64,000 nt of DNA from Chrysomallon squamiferum (GCA_012295275.1 CM022668.1:13702001-13766000); one strand, 5' to 3'; shown: positions 13,433 through 27,229, counted from the first letter of the stretch. The notes: generated by a model not told the origin, from the sequence alone. Numbers and translations: made by a program.

Positions 13433-16250
13433 CATGGATCAATGCCAAACTGCCGAGCCTCTCATATTTCATTGTGGATCACGTTTACGAGTAGAACAAA
13501 AACCTCTGTCTAGTACGGTTTGTTTCGATAAGTTACAAGTAAATTCGCAACCAGATGAACATGTTTGGAAAAGTTTCATGTATTTCATTTTTAACAGTTA
13601 TGACCACCCTTTCGAGCCATTGTCAAAATTTCAAATAAACCTTTGTATACTTTCTTTGTTATACAGTTTAATGCACACTTAGCGTCTCTCGTATCAAAGA
13701 CGTGCATGAAGTGTTTGCCATGTACACAGTATCAAAATTTAACACTAAAAGAAAAAAAGTCTAGTCAGCCTTCAGGATAATGTTGCACTGGTAACATAGC
13801 TTTGATCCTGAAGAAACATTTATTTATTGCTGAGGAAAACGTATTTCTCCGATAATAGCAATGTAGGATCGACGCCTAGTTTTCTATTAACTGCTCTATT
13901 AACTAAACTTTTTCACCCCTCTGGTCGATTCACTAGTTTTGTTCGTAATCTAATTAGCCTGTTAATTTCGATTTGATGTTTTATGATAGCACGCATATTA
14001 AAGGTCGTCTAAACCCTGGGAGACCCGGTAGCACACCAATAAAAGAGGACAGAACTTTGCTAAGTGTTGTTAGACGCCGTTCATGTGACTCAACGCATCT
14101 TTAAAAGAACAGGAATAGGCTAAAAGGAACAAGCTACAGGGCCAGAAGACCCATGAAGCATATTAAACTATCTTCAGCTCACAAAGTAGCAAGACATGTC
14201 TGATTTAATCATCGTGTTCGCTGGAACATTGCATCATTGATATATCAAGAAGTGATAAGTAAATATGTAAACAAATGTACATGTTTGGAAAAGTTCCTTG
14301 TATTTCATTTATAACAATTTTGACATAGTGATAAATTAAGACTGGCGGTTTGACCCCAGCACGTTCGGTCATGATTGTGCATAAACTGACTCACAATTCC
14401 TTGTTTATATAGATGCAACAGAGTGTGACATAACAGGTATTTATACTTCGAATTCATGTGTAAGCAGAGGGTTTGATGTTAAAAATAAAATAATGATGTA
14501 ATAAATATGTTATAATAAAAACATGTATACGTACAAATCAGATACAGTATAAACATCAATACAAATACTATGAACTTTCTGTAATGGCTTTTAATATACA
14601 TGAGTAATTACGTGTCTTCGAAATTGATACGTGTGTAATTCTGAAGAATAAGTTTGAAGTACAAGATTGTTAAATATCACTGCATTTGTTTGTATCTAAA
14701 CACATTTATTACTTGAAATTGTTGTATTAAACTGTTAAACACAAAATAATAATAATAATAAAAATAATAATAATAAGAAGAAGAAGAAGAAGAAGAATAA
14801 TGGAGAAGTTGGCCCTACTACTAATTCATGTATTAATGTATTTTTCAAAGAGTTAACCTCTTCGTAACTGGATTACTCTCACAGCTGTCTGTTTCACTAT
14901 CAGCCTTTCTATCCATATATCTATGTATCTGAAAATCTGCATATGTATATACAAAGTCATTTATATTGATCAGTATATAGAGAAACGAGATCTGAGAGTA
15001 ATTTTAATTTATATAAAAAAGACAAATAAAATTCAAGAGATAATTTATGTCATTTAAGCGTTGTGAAATATATAACTATGAGAATGAATTTAAAACTAAC
15101 AGAATTTCTGGCTGCCTTGTTGTGGGTGCAGACACGGATGGCTCCGATTTGGGTCAGATGGTAATGAGAACTGTCGAGTTGTAACCAAGGGTACAAAAAA
15201 AAAAATAGGCCATAAATACATTTTAAAGCTTTACAAACTGTAATGGTTCATCCTAATACTGTATCATAATCGGGCGCGTGTCGACATGCAAAGATCTGTT
15301 TATCTAATATAGTATTCTCTATATAAAGCTTACGTATTGTCGTTTTATGAAAGATTTGGCAAAACACTTCTCTTCACGAAGAAAAATATACTTCTCCGAA
15401 AACATTCTTTTAGTGACAAAGTCGTTGTGTTCATATTTTCTCTCGGGACATCCCATGTAAAAATTTTTTCAAAATAATTAAGAACAGTTCTACTAATACA
15501 ATTATTGAAGTTTTTTCCAAGAGTTAATTTTTTCTTAACTCGATTATTCTGCCTGTATGTCTGTGCCTCTGTTTCTCTGTCTGCCATCTAACTACCTGAA
15601 ATCATCTTCATATATATACATTTTTTAATGAAATGGATAAATACACTTTAGAAAACCAATTTCTTTCTTTATATTCTCATTTATTTTATTTTTATACAAT
15701 ATTTGTCATGTATTATTACATTTACTTTTAAATTTAAGAACAATACAAAAAAAAAGAAAAAAAAAGGAATAGGGTGGTTTTCTGGGGGCTGGAACGGATT
15801 AATGATATTTCAATTAATTTTACAACAAAAACAACAGTAGCAGTAATAATATTAATAATTGTTGTAATGACAACACTGGTAATACTACTAATAATAACTG
15901 TATAATAGCGGTTACAGAGATAGTAGCAGTAGTAGTAATGTTAGTACTAGTAGTAGTATAAATAATAATAATAATAACAAACAGTACCCCAATCAATCAT
16001 AAATATACACACGGCATATACATAGAAATGTATTAAACACATTGTCCAAAACCCAAATCATTACAGATTAATATTTGCAACACAATATTAAAACTGTTTA
16101 ATGTTTTCTTTTGAAAAGGCTTGTTCCATAGATAAAAGGCATCTACAAAATGCACAAAAATATAAAGAATCTATTAATGTGTTTGTTTCCAGACAAATAG
16201 TTAATATTCAGTTCAGTAGTTCTTTGCTTTTATTTTTTATCTCCAACATC

Positions 16251-17494
16251 TTACTGAGTCTTGTTTGCCACCAGAAAGAAAGACTTGAGTGGAGAACCCA
16301 CCTTGGTAATGGTATTTTCAATCGCATTTCCAACATTTCTCAGGAAAAATTTGTTTGTTTCTGCTTCTTTTCTAACATCAAATCTTGCCTCTCTTCTATG
16401 TTCTTTTTCTTTTGCTCTGAGTGTTTCTTCTAATTTTCTCAGTGCTTCTGTTTCACTATTCAACTGCCCAATTCTTACGTTCATCGCGGACATCTTCTTC
16501 ATCATTTCCACTTCTTTGAATGTTCTCTGTGTTTCTAATTCTATTTTCATCTGCCTAAGTTTCGCCTTCATCTCAAATATCTCCTGCTCCTTTTCCATTT
16601 CTTCCTTTCCTCTCAAAAATTCTTTCCCAAACTTCTCTTTTGTTCTTTGCATTTCTCGTTCTCTATCTTTCTCCGTCAATTGTTCCTGTAGGAGTTTTCT
16701 TATTTTCTCTTCTTTCTCTTTCAGTATTTTCTCCTCGCGTTCTTTGGCGTCTTTTCTACTTTTTTCAATTTCTTCCTTGAATTCTCTTTCAATTTTTTCT
16801 CGCTCCTTTTGTATTTCTTTTTCTTTCTTTTTCAGTATTTCTTTTTCACGCTTTTGTACTTCTTTCTCAGCTACTTTCAATAATTCCGATGTATAACATT
16901 CGCCATTATTTTCTCCCACGTTTTTTTGTATCATGTTGATCAGGTGAAGAACCATTTCTTCTTTCTTTTTCTCATCTTTTTCGCGATTGTTGAATCCGAC
17001 ATATCTCCGTCCACATGCATTGACTAATTTTTTAAGGTTTTCTGGTGCCTGAACTAGCAGTTCTTCCAGATTTGTTCCGTCTTCTTCAAGATCGTCTACA
17101 TGGGTGAACAGCAAGAACAGGTAATCAAACAATGCTTTTCCAAATACTTGCTCGAAGTATTCAATTGTATTTTGTTCTTCCTTAGTACACCTCTTTGGCT
17201 GCAGAACCATGATGAAAGCATGTGGTCCTGGAGCACTCATCGTTATACACTGGATGATTTCTCTCGTAATCTCTCCTTGTGAACGTTCAGTGTGGGATAC
17301 TCCTGGCGTATCAACGATGACAATATCCTGACCAAATCGAGTTTTGTGTTCTACCTTGCAGGTTGAAGTAACTGAAGAAACACTAGCTACAGAAAGAAAA
17401 AGTTTCTCTCCTAAGATGGTATTTGCTGACGCACCTTTTCCTGAGCCAGTAATTCCAATCAAAACAAGCCGCAGTTCGTTGTTAGTCACGGAAC
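16251..17494 (-). CDS. GIMAP: GIMAP/AIG1-family GTPase terminal coding exon (copy B), P-loop variant GSGKG
   Basis: Intact frame with [47 protein letters not shown] and a coiled coil. Acceptor cttttag|GT at 17495/17494 (phase 1). Confidence 0.92.
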
Positions 17495-17899
17495 CTAAAA
17501 GAATATCAAATACACTTAATGTAGAATCGAAGACATTATCTTTATCTTCTAATTCTTTCTGTTATTGTTGTTTATATTGTAAATCAGTATTGTTATTAGC
17601 ATTATGGTTTATCCATATATATCTGTCAGTCTGTTTATCGGTATTATTTTCATTTTCTGGTTCTTCCTGGTGTTGTTTTTGAAACAATTAAATAATCATT
17701 ATTATTATAATTATGATCCTTTCCATTAATTTAACCACTACAACCACAATAGTACAGCTTTCTCAGCTGTTACTGCCTCTCAAACTAGTGTTACTATTAT
17801 TACTATAACGAAGAAAAACATCAAAAAACACCAACGAAGCTACAACCAGTTCATAGACGTGTAATTCTGTCAATATTGTTGAGATCATGTTTGTATTTA

Positions 17900-18880
17900 T
17901 TATATGTCATACTCTCAATTTGCATTGAATACTGAGTACCATAATTGTCATCACGACGTAGATTGACATAAGAAATACAGGAAAGACCCTCAGCCAAACT
18001 GGACATCAACTTGTGCGCAATATTTCCATTATTTCATGACTGTTGAACAAACACAGGGCTGTCAATGATGTTCATGATTGTCGAAGACATGGTGGACCCC
18101 AGAAGACAACAACAAGAGAGGACAGAGCATTTTTGAGTAATGTTAGACGCCTTTCATGGGACACAAGCACATCTTCATTATGACGGTGGTTATCAGGCAC
18201 AGTCATTCCGTATACGACCGACAGGAATCTGCTAAAAGCAGAATGATACAGGGCCAGAAGACACATTAAGTCTGTTAAACTCTCTTCAGCTCACAAAGCA
18301 GCACAGTCGTTTCTTACTGCCTATGGTGGATGATCGAGCACGTGTCTGGAGAAAAAGTAAAATAGACCCGGCATATCCAGCATATGGGTCAGTATTTGTT
18401 ATTTGGAAACGTTTCTTTGGCTTACAAGATGGACTACGTCACCATTGGTAGTAACCTTAATAAGCCTCGGTATGAACAAGAGATGCTTGAGAGAGCTGTT
18501 GTCTTCAGTTTTGATAATTGTCCTCCAGCCACAAGATCTGTCTTCATGAACTTCAACGCCACGCTCTCAGAGCACGTGCTTTTACCCATTTCTTACAACA
18601 GAAGGCTGTTGAGACTTTTTCATGCCCAGCCACAGTCCAGACCTGAATCCCATTGAGCATCCGTGGACATTTTAGGACTCATGTTCAACTGAGACCCGCC
18701 TGTCAATGAATTAAGTGCTGCTTTACAGTGTTCTTTAAAATCAAATTCAGAGATTGAAGCGTTTTGAAGCAGCTGTTCGTGTGCAGGAATGTTACGCGAG
18801 ATACAGATGGAAAGTCAATATTTGGACTTGCCAAATATTATTCTTCATTTGCGTGAATCAGATGTGTGCATGGAACAGAC
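17900..18880 (+). mobile_element. Decayed Tc1-family transposon
   Basis: Fragmented transposase with an N-terminal GRP-type region and the Tc1 signature SPDLNPIEH at 18634-18660. Confidence 0.82.
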
Positions 18881-19682
18881 TGTTAAGTCTGTGCAATAAC
18901 TGTGAAATTCGTAACGTTTTTGAATGAAATTAAATCATTTACTAAAAATAAAAAATAAAATAAAAAAATAAAAAGTAAAAAAATATTATGTATATGTATT
19001 AAAAATAATAAATAAATATGGAAATAAAAAAGATAATAAAATAAAATAAAATAAAATAAAATAATATAATATAATGTAAAATAACTAAAACAATCATCAT
19101 GCAAATCTTCAGAATTTTTGGTTAACTCCGAGAAGAAAAAGAACAAACTAGTCTTTATATTTGTCTGTTATATGAGACCTCACTGACAATACACCGTGTA
19201 TAAGTGGAATTAACATATTGTTTAATTCTTTACAAATGCATTGATATGTAACTTTTGATAACCAGTACACAAAAAGTCTTGACCAGCTGAATAATTCAGA
19301 TTAGTGGTGACCCCCGCTCGTTCAATCCGGACAGTTCGTCAAAATTTAATATTTAAAACTCTCTCTATAACTACTATTATTACTATCCCTACAAATAATA
19401 TTACCACTGTCTATACAAGTATTATAACTTCTCTCTCTTCCACTTCTATTTCTACTATCTCTACCACTACTACTCCCAGTCCTACTACTATTACTATAAC
19501 TACAGGTTTAATCAATACAACTGCTGATATTTCTAGTACTCGTACTGCGACGTTAGCGACAGCGTGTAGTAAAACTGTTACCAAATTTATACTAGAGGAC
19601 GACGTTACAGTATTAATGATTTTGTAAATTACTGAAGTATATTTCTTGAATGACCAGTATTTGCAAACTTTGATACACATAC

Positions 19683-19869
19683 CAGACATTGATAAATCTG
19701 AACCATTTTTTGGCTGGACGTATTCTGACGGTTGGATTTCTTTTGATAGCTTGACTTGTTGTGATTCGTGGAGTTCTGGTGAAGGTTCCACCCTTCTTAA
19801 TGGCTCGACTCTTTGCAATGGCTGCACTTGTTTTGCTGGCTTCGTATGTAGTGTAGCGATAGACTGAGG
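19683..19869 (-). CDS. GIMAP: Upstream GIMAP coding exon (Pro/Gln-rich linker PQSIATLHTKP...DLSMSG)
   Basis: Acceptor ttaaaag|CCT and donor TCTG|gtatgt; 187 nt, phase 0 in and phase 1 out, matching the GTPase exon acceptors. A homologous exon with the same boundaries lies at 35345-35417 (+). Confidence 0.78.
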
Positions 19870-20201
19870 CTTTTAAAAAGAAAGGTAAAATGAACATATA
19901 AAACGAAAATCAAAATTTTATTGCAAAATTACTGTATATGTGTTTTTGACTGAATTTGTATAAACATGTCTGTACGCAAACCTGCACATATTATGTAATA
20001 TAAGTTTATAAATATAAGATTTTATTTATTTTCTTATTTGAAAGCGGTGGTGTCTTTAAACAATTATTCACTCATTTGTTACTTATTTATTTACTTATTT
20101 ACCCCACTTATTCTTAGCATTTTCTTCAGACATGAATTAATGAATTTTTAAAACCTGTTTAATCTGGTAAATAAGTAAAGTGGTGATTTAATGATGCTCA
20201 C

Positions 20202-20251
20202 CTGTTGTTCAAAACGCTTCTTTAATTCAGAAACTGATATCTGTTCATCAT
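20202..20251 (-). CDS. GIMAP: Upstream 50-nt GIMAP coding exon (DDEQISVSELKKRFEQQ)
   Basis: Acceptor ttgttctag|AT and donor CAG|gtgagc; phase 1 in and phase 0 out, joining exon 19683-19869 in frame. Homologue at 34947-34997 (+). Confidence 0.75.
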
Positions 20252-20419
20252 CTAGAACAAAATTTAAAAAAATGTAAGTTTTTCTCTCAGTATTTAATTA
20301 TATCCATCTATCTATGTGTGAATGCATGTGTGAATGTATGAATGAATGTTTGCATTTTTCTTCCTATGTATCTTCAAACCTATCTATCTATACATGAGGG
20401 AAACAAACTAAGCAATACC

Positions 20420-21060
20420 AATTCACAGACCTGTAATTGTGTGAATTAAGAAAAGAGCGCATTTTCCTGAATAATGTATTGGCGTGTGGCATCTTGCTGA
20501 ATAACGTGACTTTCCTAGAGGTACTCAATGTACTTACAACAAAAAGCAATGCTCGTGAAACGTCATTGTTGAAATCTGGTTGGTAATAATTATATGTCAC
20601 ACTCATTCCAGTCAGTTTGCGCTGAATATTCAGTATCACAACTGTCATGGCACGTTGTAAACTGTAAGAGGCTACAATGTGGCAGAAATGCAGGAATGTC
20701 CATCAGCCAAATTGGACGTCAATGTGTGCGCAATATTTCAATCACTTCAAGACAGTTGAACAAAGACAGGGTTGCCAATAATGTTAGAGATTGTCCAAGA
20801 CCGTGCAGACGCCGAAAGACGACAATAAGAGAGTACAGAACATAGCTGAGTTCTGTTAAACTCCTTTCAAGAGACACACGCAGATCTTTAAAACAGCAGT
20901 GGTTACCAGGGAGAGCCATTTCTTACAGGACTGTCAGGAATCTGCTAAAAGCAGAAAGATACAGGGACAGAAGACACTAAAACTGTCTTCAGCTCACAAT
21001 GCAGCACGACTTGTCTGATGTAATCAACGTGTTCGCTGGAACATTGCAACGTTTCAGATG
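20420..21060 (+). mobile_element. 5' half of the Tc1-family element
   Basis: atggcacgttgtaaactg start at ~20647; homologous to the transposase HTH ORF at 34295-34555. Confidence 0.78.
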
Positions 21061-22330
21061 ACAGCTCATTGGTGCTTGAGATAAAGTTCTGCAAGATGCA
21101 GTGCCGTATTATCCTTAGGCTTCAAACTTTTCTTGACTCTCGACATCCCCGAACGCACTTCCGCACGAATGTTCAGCTCTCCTTGTAAGTAATTAATTCA
21201 GTAACAAAGAAAATGATAGCATCTTATCAGGCAACCTTTAATTAGCATGAAGCAAAGGCACTTCAAAATATCGGTATTGTACTATAAAGTTAAATATACA
21301 TATATATTCCTACAAAGGTATCTAGGTACTTAAACATTTGTCTCGTTAATGTTTCAACAAACTGATCCAGAATAGTGTTAAGACTTAATTTCCAGAGAAC
21401 ATATGATTCTACATCCATTAAAGCCAAATTACTGTGCTTTTCATCTTTCACAGTGGATCACAGGTAGCTATTTCAGAGCAGAAAAAAACAACCTCTCTCC
21501 AGAACAGTTTGTATCGAGAAGTGACAAGCAAATACGTAAAAAAAAAATATACATTTTTGGAAACGTTTCTTGCATTTAATTTTTAACAGTTTAAGATGGG
21601 GGGTGCGAGTAACTATGTGTCAAAATTTGACCCTTCATTTTTGTTAATGTTTTTTTGTTTTATGTTCTTTAACTCACTCTTAGCGTCTCTATATCAAAGA
21701 GGATTCCTATAAATCAATTTCACTGACGCGCATGAAGCGTTTGCCGTGTGCATAGAATTAACATATAACACTAAGAGAGAGAAAAGAAAATATTGCATAT
21801 ATCTTTTGTAAAACATTTCGTTATGAGCTTTCACAAAAAAGAAAAAAAAGAAGAAAAAAAACATTCAGAATTAACTCCACTAATACCCTCTTTATCAAAA
21901 GAGGGGACTTTACACTTCGAACTTTTTGGTGGGCTCTCGACATTTCACAACGTCCCTTCTCACGAACTGCAAGCTCTCGTTTCATATAGTGTATTACAAT
22001 AATATTAGAAATGGAGTAACTAATGGAATAACAAAGAAAATAATATCATGTTTTCAGTCAACCTTTAATTAGCATGAAGCAAAGCAATAGTAAAAATACC
22101 AGTAATGAACTGCAAAATCAGTTCGGGCCTGACTGTGTCAAAGTTTCACATAAACTGACCCATCATTTCTTTTCGAGTAGATTAACTCATCCTTAGCGTC
22201 TCTCCTATCAGAGGATTCCTATAAATTAATTCCACATTCTTATGACATTTAACACTAAGACAGAAAAAGAAAAAGTTTGCATATATGTGTTCTAAAATGT
22301 TTCATTACGAGCTTCGTAAAAACATAAGTT
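21060..22330 (-). mobile_element. Stacked hAT remnants
   Basis: Same family blocks (gccaaattactgtgcttttcatc; gtatcgagaagtgacaag) repeated. Confidence 0.62.
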
Positions 22331-22743
22331 TCAAAATTAAGAAAGAAGAATATAAACTCAACTAATATCCTCTTTATCAAGTTCTTTATCAAGAAAATAC
22401 CTAAAGTTGATAAACTGATTAATTATATTATTTATTACAATTTAATTAAATTCAAAATGTCTTACAAGAAGCCATAGTTTCTCTTTTTCGAAATTTAATA
22501 AAATTCTGAAACTGAATGCAGCTCGGGCTGTTCACTAAAGAATACAAATACTCGTTGGTGCTTTATATAAGTATTGATGAAACAGCACCGCTCCTGAGGA
22601 AAACGAATTTTCCCAAAACTCGTATTTCTATGACTAAATAACAACGCGCAAACCAACTGTGACATACCAGCTATTAATACATTGAATTATTGTGTACTTT
22701 GTGGGTTTTAAATTAAAATTAAAATAATGATGTAATAAATATG

Positions 22744-23617
22744 TTACTTTATCATACCAATATCGTGTTCTTTGGCTTCTTTTCTTTCCATGAATTCTAT
22801 CTCAGATTTTTCTTGCTGCTGTTGTATTGCTTTTTCGTTTTCATTCAATTTTTTCTGCTCGCGTTCCTTGGCTTCTTTCATACTTTTTTCAATTTGTTCC
22901 ATCATTTCGTTCTCAGCTTTTTCTCGCTCCTTTTGTATTTCTTTTTCTTTCTTTTTCAGTATTTCTTTTTCACGCTTTTGTACTTCTTTTTCAGCCTTAT
23001 CCAATAATTCTGATTTAAAATAGTTGCCATGACTTTTGTTCACATTTTCCTGTATCTTCTTCATCAGGTCAAAACCATTTTCTCCTTCTTCTTCTCATCT
23101 CTTTCGCGATTGTTGAATCCGACATATCTTTGTCCACATTGTTTAAGTAATTGTTGAAGGTTTTCTGGTGCGTACTCCAAATATTCTTCAAGGCTTACAT
23201 CATCTGCTTCAAGGTTGTCTAATCCGGTGAACAACAATAACAGGTAATTAAAGAATGCGTTTCCAAAGGTGTCCTCGAAGCACCGAATTGTTTTTTCATC
23301 TTGTTCAGTAAACCTCCCAGTCTTGATAACCATGATGAAAGCATGTGGTCCTGGAGCACTCATCGTTATACACTTGATGATTTCTTTCGGAATCTCTCCT
23401 TGTGGAACGTTAGCGTCGAATGCTCCTGGTGTATCAATGATGACAATGTCATGACCAAATCGACTTTTGTGTTCTGCCTTGCAGGTTGAAGTAACAGATT
23501 GACCAAAAGGTTTAGAAACAAAACGTGTCTCTCCTAGGATGGTATTTGCTGTTGCACTTTTTCCTGAGCCAGTAATTCCAATTAACACAATCCGCAGTTC
23601 TTTGCCAGTAACGGAAT
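22744..23617 (-). pseudogene. GIMAP: GIMAP copy C: complete G domain, 1-nt frameshift near 23071, coiled coil truncated at ~22760 by repeat sequence
   Basis: ORFs 23064-23588 and 22744-23064 are consecutive parts of the same GIMAP exon in different frames. Acceptor ttttttcag|AT at 23618/23617. The C-terminal helix seen in copies A and B is absent. Confidence 0.82.
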
Positions 23618-26600
23618 CTGAAAAAATTTCAAATGCATTTAATGTTGCAATGTAGAATCGAAGATATTATTTTTATCTTCTCATTGCTGCTCTTATCATT
23701 GTTAATATTCTAAATCATTATCATTATCATCATTATGATTTATCTACTTATGAAAATATCTGTCAGTCTGTGTATCGGTGGAAGCATTATTTTCATTCCG
23801 TTGTTGTTGTTGATAAAATTAAATAATCATTATCATCATCATTATGATCATTTTCATTAACTTAACCACTACTACCACAATATTACAACTACTGTTCTTA
23901 CAACTCTCTCTGTTTTACTGCCTCTCAAATCACTAGCACTGTTAGTTGTACAACGATCGCTTCAAACCCAATCCTATTGCCACTCTGTCTACAGCTACTA
24001 TTACTATGTTTTGTTAACTACTATTACTGCTCTCTTTACAACTACTATTACTGCTCTCTCTACAACCGATATTACTAGACACGCTACTACAACTAATATT
24101 ATTAGGCTGTCTATAATTACGTATAGTAATCTCTCTACAAGTACTATTACTAATCTCTCTAGATCTATGGTTACTACTTCTGTCTACGACTAATATAACT
24201 ATTTTTTCTATAGCTACTATTACTACACTCTCTACAACTACTGTTACTACTATATCTACAACTACGTTGACTACTCTTTCTTCAACTACTGCTATTCTCT
24301 GTCTAGAACTACTGTTACTACTTTCTTCATTTCGCACTGAGTGGTAAGCGCATGTTAGACAAAGTTAGATGTTTACACAACTACTGTTTTAATGATAATC
24401 CTGTGAAGTAAACATTTCCTTGTTAAAGAAAACATGGCACATTTTGCTGTTATACCAGCTTGTCATTTCCAATTGCCTCGACTTCATAATTCTATGTACA
24501 GATACCACAGAAAAAATGTTTTTTACTTCTCGTACGACACATTTGTTTTGGACCTAATTTATTCAGTCGGTTAATTTCGAAGGCCTTTCACATTAGATGA
24601 TTAATAAATAAATATATATATGTTTTTAAATCTGATAGTTAACCTGGCTCAAACACATACAAATACACACACGCACATACAGATTCATACAAATCACACA
24701 GAGTATAAATAAAACATATCTGAAATAGATTACTAATTTAGTTACCAAAGGTGCTTGATCCCAAACATATGTTTTGAAATAAGAAATAACTGCCTGTTTG
24801 GGCAAGTTCGTAAGTTAACATTGGTGTATTAGACTGTTAAACATGCCAATGGGGAAAAAAATAAATAATAAATAAAATAAAATAAAATAATATGACGGAA
24901 CCTCATTAGTGCCTCTTAGCAAGACTTGTTTTTATTCATAATTTTATATTCTATGTGGTGAATTATATAATATTCACAAAACACTTATTTATATGTGCCC
25001 ATTTAAAGCAGAATTTCTGCTACATTTTATAGTAAGTATATTATTACATTACGGTCATATTTACTCAGCTATCGTGTATAATCTTGTTTATAATTCATAT
25101 TTTAACAGTTCTTAAATGTTTACCTAATTGATGTGAGAAAATTTGGGTAAATACACAAAAACTAAATAGGAGAGTGTTAGCAGACGTACATGGGCTTGTT
25201 AGAAGCTGTATTATATAATTAGGGGACGTTCTATTATTTTATAAACTAAGAAACTCTGGGATTAACAAACTCAAAATTGGAGTTTAAGTTGCAAAGTAAA
25301 TTCAGAAAAGGCTGTTTGCAGAGGGCTTTCATGAACGCCTGCGCGATGGCTGCACATATTCGAAGTGACAAGTAAATATGTAAACAAATGCAAAAATTTG
25401 GAACAGTTTGTTGCGTTTCAGTTTCGAGAGTTTTAACCAGCAGAAGAATTAAAATTGGGAGGGGACCCTCAACCATTCGTCCCATCCGTGATAGTGCATC
25501 AAAGTTTCATATAAAATCACACATAATTTAAAATAAAATAAAATAAAATAAACAAGAAAATCAATCAATCAGTCAATAAAACATTGCATAGCTCATGGCT
25601 CTTGGTCGACCCCTAGGCTTCAAGCTAGTCACCTGGTAACATAGCACTGATTCTAAAGAAAACGTATTTCGACCTAAATAACTATTAGCCATCAACACAT
25701 AATTACCTCTATCGGTTAATTGTTTTATTAACTTTTATTTTATACTTCTCGGGTCGATTCACTTGTTTTGGACGTAATCTAATTAGTCTGTTAATTCCTA
25801 TTTGTTGTTTTATGATAACCCAGACCACACGTTTTATGTTATATCAACCTTTGATTTATAATTTTGTTTCTTCAGCCATGCAGACACACACAAACTCATT
25901 CGAACACACCAACACATGCATTCATAAACACCAAATAGCGTAGAAATAAAACATAATGCAGATTACATATACAGAAACAAAATCAAGAATTTTAGTTGGG
26001 CAGAAACGAAATACCTCCGGTTGAAAAATTCATCAATAATTCAGTTACCGAAAAATGAATGGTACTTTTACAACTCTCTACAATACTATCTCTACACTAT
26101 ACAACTAATACTACTACTCTCTCTCTCTTTAACTATTCTCACTACTCTCTGTACAGCTGATATTACTACTGTCACTCTAAAAATAATATTCCTACTCTCT
26201 CTACAACAGCTATTAATGCTCTGTACAACTACTATTACTACTCTCTCTCTCTGTACAAGTACTATTACTACTCTGTCTATAACGAAATGAAGTCGGCTAG
26301 GAATGTTCAGCGTATTATTAGTTTGTGATAAGAGTACTCTCTGTTGCTTTATACAAAAAATCTCAGTTCCTGAGGAAAACGTATATCCCTAAATGCAGCT
26401 TGTTACGATCGATCGATCATTCATATCTAGTTTCCCGATATCTGGATCAACAAGTAACATATTTGTTTTATCGTTTATTATATCCAACTATACATATTAT
26501 ACATATTATGTTTAACGTAGGCTATTTGTATGTGTCTTTATGTACAGTATATACATGTGTATCTATAGTATTTATATGTATGTTAACACTTTATGTTTAA

Positions 26601-26652
26601 ATTAAGTTATTTATAGTGTTGTTTGTTTTGTTTCTTTATTTATTTATTTATT

Positions 26653-26684
<32 letters not shown>

Positions 26685-27229
26685 ATCCATATTATGTAAG
26701 AAGAAATGGAATGAAATAAAAATAAAATAAACAAACAAACACATAAACAAACATACAAATCAATAAATATACATACAAATAAATAAGTAAATAAATAAAT
26801 AAACTAACAAAATTAAACAAATAAATAAATAAATAAACAAATAAACAAAATACAAACATACAAACAAATATACATACATACAAATAAATAAATAAACAAA
26901 ACCAGTTTTAATTGAAATAATAGTCGTGTAAATCTCGTGAAAATTACGTAAACATTTTCTCAAATGGCATTATTAATAGATATATATCGCGCATAAATAC
27001 ATCGTGCATAAGTGAAGTTAAGACATTGTTTAGTACTTTATAAACATATTCTTATGTGACATTTGATACGTGTCAACGTATAAAGATCTGTTTATCTAAT
27101 ACATTGTTCTGTGAGTATAGCGTACTTATTCTTTTAATTATTTTATTTACTGCAATTTAATTAAGGTTAAAACGTCTTGTCCGGAGCCATATTTCGAGTT
27201 TTCCTCAAGGAAAGAAAATCCTAAAATTC

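Noticed and set aside
25633-25642. Candidate GIMAP first exon ATG TTA CCA G|gtgact (phase 1)
   Set aside because: Weak donor inside a repeat block also present at ~13790, so likely coincidental.
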